Positions 59,416-64,000 of a stretch of DNA of 64,000 nt are shown one piece after another. Position numbers and translations under genes: made by a program. Below the pieces are notes generated by a model. That model did no database searches. It was not told where the DNA came from and saw only the letters and a list, made by a program, of their open reading frames with translations. The stretch lies in NCBI GenBank assembly GCA_016906335.1, contig JADEYG010000005.1, positions 310,001 through 374,000 on the forward strand. Direction: 5' to 3'. Positions within the stretch are counted from its first letter, which is position 1, and each line of letters starts with the position of its first letter. The stretch is from Novakomyces olei. Taxonomy: Eukaryota.

Positions 59416-60981
59416 ATGAGACTATTGACCTTTGCAGGAGCCATTGCCGCGTGTGCGCTCTCCGTGGCCGCGAAGTAAGTATTCACAGCTCGACTACAGA
59501 ACAAGAGCTCATGGAATTAGACTGCTCGAGCTTGATGCCTCCAACTTTGACAGTATCGTTGGATCAGGCAAACCGAGCCTTATCATGTTTTCTGCTCCTT
59601 GGTGTGGGCATGTAAGTCGTGGTTGTTGGTGAAGGACTGCTCGTCTAATGCTTGCAGTGCAAAAGATTGACTCCAACGTTTGAAGAACTTGCAGAATCTT
59701 ATGCCCATACGGACAAAATTACTATTGCTAAAGTCAACGCGGACGAGCACAAGGCTCTGGGTCAGCGCTACGATATCCAAGGATTTCCCACTCTCAAGGT
59801 AAACGAAGCCCGGCTTATTGTGTGCTATACTGATGGGTGCATAGCTTTTCAATGGCAATACCAAGGACCACGAGGACTATAATTCTGGTCGCGATTTAGA
59901 GTCATTGCAGACTTTTATTCGGACGAAAACAGGACTGGCTCCACACAAGCAACTGGCTAAGCTGCTGAATCCCGAACAGACTGTTACACTGACGGCCCAG
60001 AACTTTGATAGTATCGCGCTAGATCCCTCCAAGGATGTACTAGTCGAGTTCTTTGCTCCATGATAAGTTTTGATTATTCCCGCGCTTTACTGACATATAT
60101 ACGTGTGGGCACTGCAAAAATCTTGCACCCATCTATGAAAGCGTTGCACAGGACTATTCTCGCGACAAAAACGTGAGTTTGAATTATGCGCTATCGACAA
60201 TTTAACATTTAGATCGTCATTGCCAAACTTGACAGTACTGAATTCCCCGATATTGCTCAAAGATACGGTATTCAGAGCTATCCAACCATCAAATGTAATT
60301 TAATTGTTCAACAGATTGAGCTGCCAAACTAATTCTTAGTCTTTCCGCATGGCAGTGCCAGTAAAACTGCGGTCGATTACACCGCTGGTCGCTCACAACA
60401 GGAATTTATCGATTGGATTAATGAGAAGGCGGGTAGTTTCCGTAAACTAGGAGGCGCTTTAAATGAGCTTGCTGCCAGAATTCCGGACTTTGACGAGGTT
60501 GTCCTGGGGATAAAGAGCGCAGCCGATGTTGACAAGGCGGTGGCTACTTTGCAAAAGCTCGCTGGCGCTGGAAGCGATGCGCAAGAACGTCCGCGATGGG
60601 AGAAATACTACTTTAAGGTTCTTGATAAGATTCGTTCTTCTCCTCTATATGTCTCTCAAGAATTGCGACGCTTGGAGGGCCTCTTAGTCTTGCCAACCGT
60701 TAGCAAAGAACAGTAAGTGGTGTTCTGCTTTGATTGTCATAGTCTCTTCTAAATTTGTTTTGTTTTATATTTTGTTTCATCATTTGAATTATGGATTAGA
60801 AAAGATCACGTTTTTATGTCGTCTCATTTCGTCTCGTTTTATTAATTTAATTTATTTTTTCAATTTTTTTTTATCTTTTGGGGTTTCTTTCTTACGAGGC
60901 AGGCTCGATGGAATTCAAGCGCGCCACAACATTTTGTCGGCGTTCAAGGGTCTACAAAATAATGCGCGTGATGAGCTTTAA
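59416..60981 (+). CDS. ERp38/TigA-type protein disulfide isomerase (two thioredoxin domains, helical C-domain, RDEL)
   Basis: Introns 59475-59520, 59612-59657, 59799-59844, 60063-60102 (AT-AC), 60173-60212, 60295-60339, 60713-60902. Signal peptide, two WCGHCK sites, C-terminal NILSAF..RDEL. Confidence 0.93.
60063..60102 (+). other. Non-canonical AT-AC spliceosomal intron (U2-type signals)
   Basis: TG|ATAAGT...TACTGAC...ATAC|G TGT GGG CAC TGC. Removal restores FFAPWCGHCK. Confidence 0.88.
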
Positions 60982-61218
60982 GCTTCAAGGGTGTTAGCTG
61001 GAAAACTTGCAAAATCAAAAATAAAAGGAATGTTTGCACTGCGTGGAATATTTAGAAATAAATGGCATGACGCAATATATTATGCTTTCCAAATAAATCG
61101 TAAAATTAATCATTAACATAGAATATTCATTATATTCATTTATATTCATTATCACATTTTTATTTTATTTTTAATTTCAGAATTGTTGGTTTGTTGGTCG
61201 ATCCCTCGTAGACATAGA

Positions 61219-61973
61219 ATGGCGGCATCAAATGGTGCCCGAGATCTGCCGATGCTTGTCTGCTTTGATTTGGACTATACCTTATGGTTTGTTCTCTCGA
61301 CTATTTTAACTTTACAGTCTCTCGGACGTTTCTTCTAAGCTTTAGGCCGCTATGGATAGATACGCATGTAACGCCGCCGATCAAGAGCACGAATAACGGA
61401 ACCGTATTAAAGGACCAGTAAGCTACTGACAGAATCTCAAATAGTTTTACTGATTCGAAAGATATGGTGAAACTATAAAGTTCTACAAAGATGTTCCGGG
61501 AATTCTGGAAGAGCTTCGAGCAAATCATAACGTTACCGTAGCCGTTGCTTCTCGGACATGCGCTCCACAGTTGGCTCGAAAGGCTCTCAAGCTTTTTATT
61601 TTACCAGACAGCAAAGTATCTGCAGAGAAGGCTTTCGATGTCTTGGAAATATATCCGGGTAAGCAATCAGGGCTCGCCTTCGGTTTTGAAAGATCTCTAT
61701 TGACACGACCAGGCTCCAAGATTACACATTTCAAAGCAATTCATAAGCGCACGGGAATCCCTTATACACAAATGGTCTTTTTCGATGACGAGAAGCGTAA
61801 TGCGGAGGTTGAAACGTTAGGTAAGGCTTTTTGGCATTGGTATACAATTGAAAAGAAACTAAACCTTGTGAAAAGGAGTCAAGTTTATTTTTGTGCCGGA
61901 TGGTGTTAATCGACAAATCTTCGAACGTGGAATAGACACTTGGAGGAAGACGCGCAACCATACTATTTTTTGA
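61219..61973 (+). CDS. MDP1: Magnesium-dependent phosphatase 1 (HAD IIIC)
   Basis: Introns 61287-61345, 61418-61461, 61659-61712, 61821-61875. Motifs FDLDYTLWP, VASRT, EIYPGSKITHF, FFDDEKRN. Confidence 0.93.
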
Positions 61974-62645
61974 AACCAAACTCCAAAATCCTTTGGTATG
62001 GGAATACTTCTATCTTAGAGCGGACAATATCAGGTATTATAAAGATGTTTATGTGTCAAGTTTATCTTAATTGAGGGCGAGATTAGAGATTTTACAGTAC
62101 ATCGCCTTTGGCCATGGATACGTCAACGTTTTTCAACGGCAGCGAGCCATGGTCCCCTAGTTTGCTGATATGCGTACTTTACAGGAAATGAGTTGGCGGA
62201 GGACAAGGGTATAGATGAGGCAGTCGAAAGAGGCATATGGAACATGTGTTATGCACGTCTTGTCTTGAACTCGAATTGTTAACGGTACAAACAAGAATCA
62301 ATTCTAGTAGTATATTAAAACGACATGAGTTCTAGGAAGCATCATACTCTGCGTTGACAATGATACAAGACGCTTTGCAGCATGTTGAGTTTGTGGCACA
62401 GCAAGGTAATAATCACCAACATTAACCCTAACCCTATATATATTAAATTATTAGCATTAATGCTTATCTTGCATAAAATACCGAGTCCAATAATATTTAG
62501 CGATAAGTGTCAAGCGTGAAAAGTACAGATATACCACTGCAGTCTCATACATTATAGGCAGATAAACGTAACAATAGTGATTTTTTTAGTATAAACTTTT
62601 ATTAGAGAGCGCTATATACAAAAATTTAAAGAGCCATCATCGAGA

Positions 62646-64000
62646 ATGGGCAAACCTCGTCGAGGTCCAACCCTTCCCGGGGTTTTGAAAAGCCAGATTG
62701 ACGGATTGGCGGATACAAGCTCAGCTTCAAATCGACGCGACTCTAAATCTCAAAGAAATGGCAAGAAGAAAGCGAACGGTCGAGAGACCTCGCATGGCAA
62801 AGGCAAAAGATTCGACTCCAACAATAGCTCAATGAAACGAAAACTTGGGGCATATGATCTGGCAGAGTCTGAGTCTGACGATGCGGCCCACGATGATATG
62901 GAGGAGCAAGCTGAGGGTGTTCAAGATCGTTATGCGTTTGACAAGGACAATGAGGATATGGACGATGAAGAAATTGATAGTGACGAAGCGTTTGATAGTG
63001 CAGATGATGAACAGTTTGAAGACTGGAAGTTTTCCGGTAGCTCTGCTAATACCAAGAATAAGGACAAGAGATCTGTGGACAAACTCGAGCGAAATAAGGC
63101 AATTTTGAAAGAAGAAGAAGAAGAAGAAGAAGAAGAAGAAAGTGATGATGAACTTGGGAAAGACAATGATGGCATTACACTCTCTGAAATGTTAGATCGT
63201 GGATCCAATGAGGACTCGAGCGACGGTAGTAGTCAAGATAATGACTCTGGGTCGGAGAGTGATGAGGGCAGTAGTGAAGGCGGTAGCGATTTGGAAAGCG
63301 ACGCAAGTGCAAGTGACCTGGAGGAAACGGAGCTAGATCTGTCTGGCGAATCAAACAAATCTTCAAATTTACAAGCTTTTATTGCCAAACTCGATGCCAA
63401 ACGGAAGCGGGATTCACAAGCTGAAGACGCTGTAGAGTCGCGAAAGCGCAAAACACACTCTGATGACCATTACGAGTCTCGTCGAGAATCTCAGTACAAT
63501 GTTCCTTCAACAGCAGGAACAAAGCTAACCCTAAATGACATGATGAAATCGCTGGAAGAGGATTCGGATTCCTTGAAAGTTATATCAAAGTTCAAGCCAA
63601 AAGCGTCGGCTGATACGGATGTGGAGAATGGGCCAATACAGCCGCCATTAGCACGACCGATCAAAGCGCGTTTAGATCGTCAGGCGGCATATGAACAAGC
63701 AAAGACGGACGTCTCCAAATGGCAGGATACAGTAAGGCAAAACCGGCAAGCTGATCATCTCTACTTCCCAGCAGGGCAACAAGACAAATCAGACTCGACC
63801 GTTAATGCAAATACAATTGCTTCCTCACACAAACCGAGCACGGGACTGGAAACGGAGGTACATAAACTGCTAAATTCGGCGGGGCTCCAATCGGAAAAAG
63901 ATCTGGATGGAGTGGATGAGCTGGGCATGAAAAAACTGAGTAGAGAAGAGATTATAGCCCGGAGGAATGAGCTGCGCATGATGAGGGAATTGATGTTTCG
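62646..64000 (+). CDS. UTP14: U3 snoRNP/SSU processome protein Utp14 (runs off right edge)
   Basis: Open frame from ATG 62646 with DEEIDSDEAF, ESRRESQYN and PPLARPIKARLDRQAAYEQAKTDVSKWQDTVRQNRQADHLYFP. Confidence 0.9.
   Translation, partial: MGKPRRGPTLPGVLKSQIDGLADTSSASNRRDSKSQRNGKKKANGRETSHGKGKRFDSNNSSMKRKLGAYDLAESESDDAAHDDMEEQAEGVQDRYAFDKDNEDMDDEEIDSDEAFDSADDEQFEDWKFSGSSANTKNKDKRSVDKLERNKAILKEEEEEEEEEESDDELGKDNDGITLSEMLDRGSNEDSSDGSSQDNDSGSESDEGSSEGGSDLESDASASDLEETELDLSGESNKSSNLQAFIAKLDAKRKRDSQAEDAVESRKRKTHSDDHYESRRESQYNVPSTAGTKLTLNDMMKSLEEDSDSLKVISKFKPKASADTDVENGPIQPPLARPIKARLDRQAAYEQAKTDVSKWQDTVRQNRQADHLYFPAGQQDKSDSTVNANTIASSHKPSTGLETEVHKLLNSAGLQSEKDLDGVDELGMKKLSREEIIARRNELRMMRELMF

Noticed and set aside
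60061-60063. TGA read as Trp or selenocysteine in the PDI active site
   Set aside because: TGA is followed by TAA and the CGHC continuation is in another frame; TGA serves as a normal stop in other genes here.
60063-60102. U12-type (minor spliceosome) intron
   Set aside because: The donor is ATAAGT, not ATATCCTT, and the branch site is TACTGAC, not TCCTTAAC; the signals are U2-like.
62423-62436. Telomerase RNA template
   Set aside because: It has more than two repeat units in a gap short for a fungal TER, and no supporting structure is visible.
1-64000. Transposable elements, rRNA or tRNA genes
   Set aside because: No transposase/RT/integrase ORF, LTR/TIR pair or recognisable structural RNA was seen by eye.

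Overview
Gene-dense eukaryotic (fungal) chromosome segment with about 27 protein-coding genes. Introns are short (mostly 35-200 nt) with a branch point close to the 3' splice site, and AT-rich microsatellites fill many intergenic spaces and introns. The standard genetic code fits (CTG decodes conserved Leu in Yme1 '[10 protein letters not shown]'). Gene content (velvet regulator, PHD-containing Hop1), intron style and TTAGGG-type repeats suggest an early-diverging ascomycete, possibly Taphrinomycotina; this is inference only. Gene order: MLP1/TPR-like (partial), YME1, HOP1, vosA-like velvet, SEC3, SRP40, IQ-motif protein, epsin, SRX1, SOD2, DSC2, GAA1, TFIP11/NTR1, BUD32, TAD1, YKT6, CDO1, DHA1-type MFS, COG2, CWH41, ING/PHO23, AAD, haloacid dehalogenase, BLM10, ERp38-type PDI, MDP1, UTP14 (partial). 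All exon/intron models were built by hand from reading frame and family motifs. Three observations stand out. (1) A 40-nt AT-AC intron with U2-type signals (60063-60102) splits the Trp codon of the second WCGHC active site of the PDI. (2) A GAG 3' splice site occurs in YME1, alongside many AAG acceptors. (3) An intronless AAD + bacterial-like haloacid dehalogenase pair is separated by interstitial (CCCTAA)n telomeric repeats, a candidate horizontally acquired or ex-subtelomeric detox islet.
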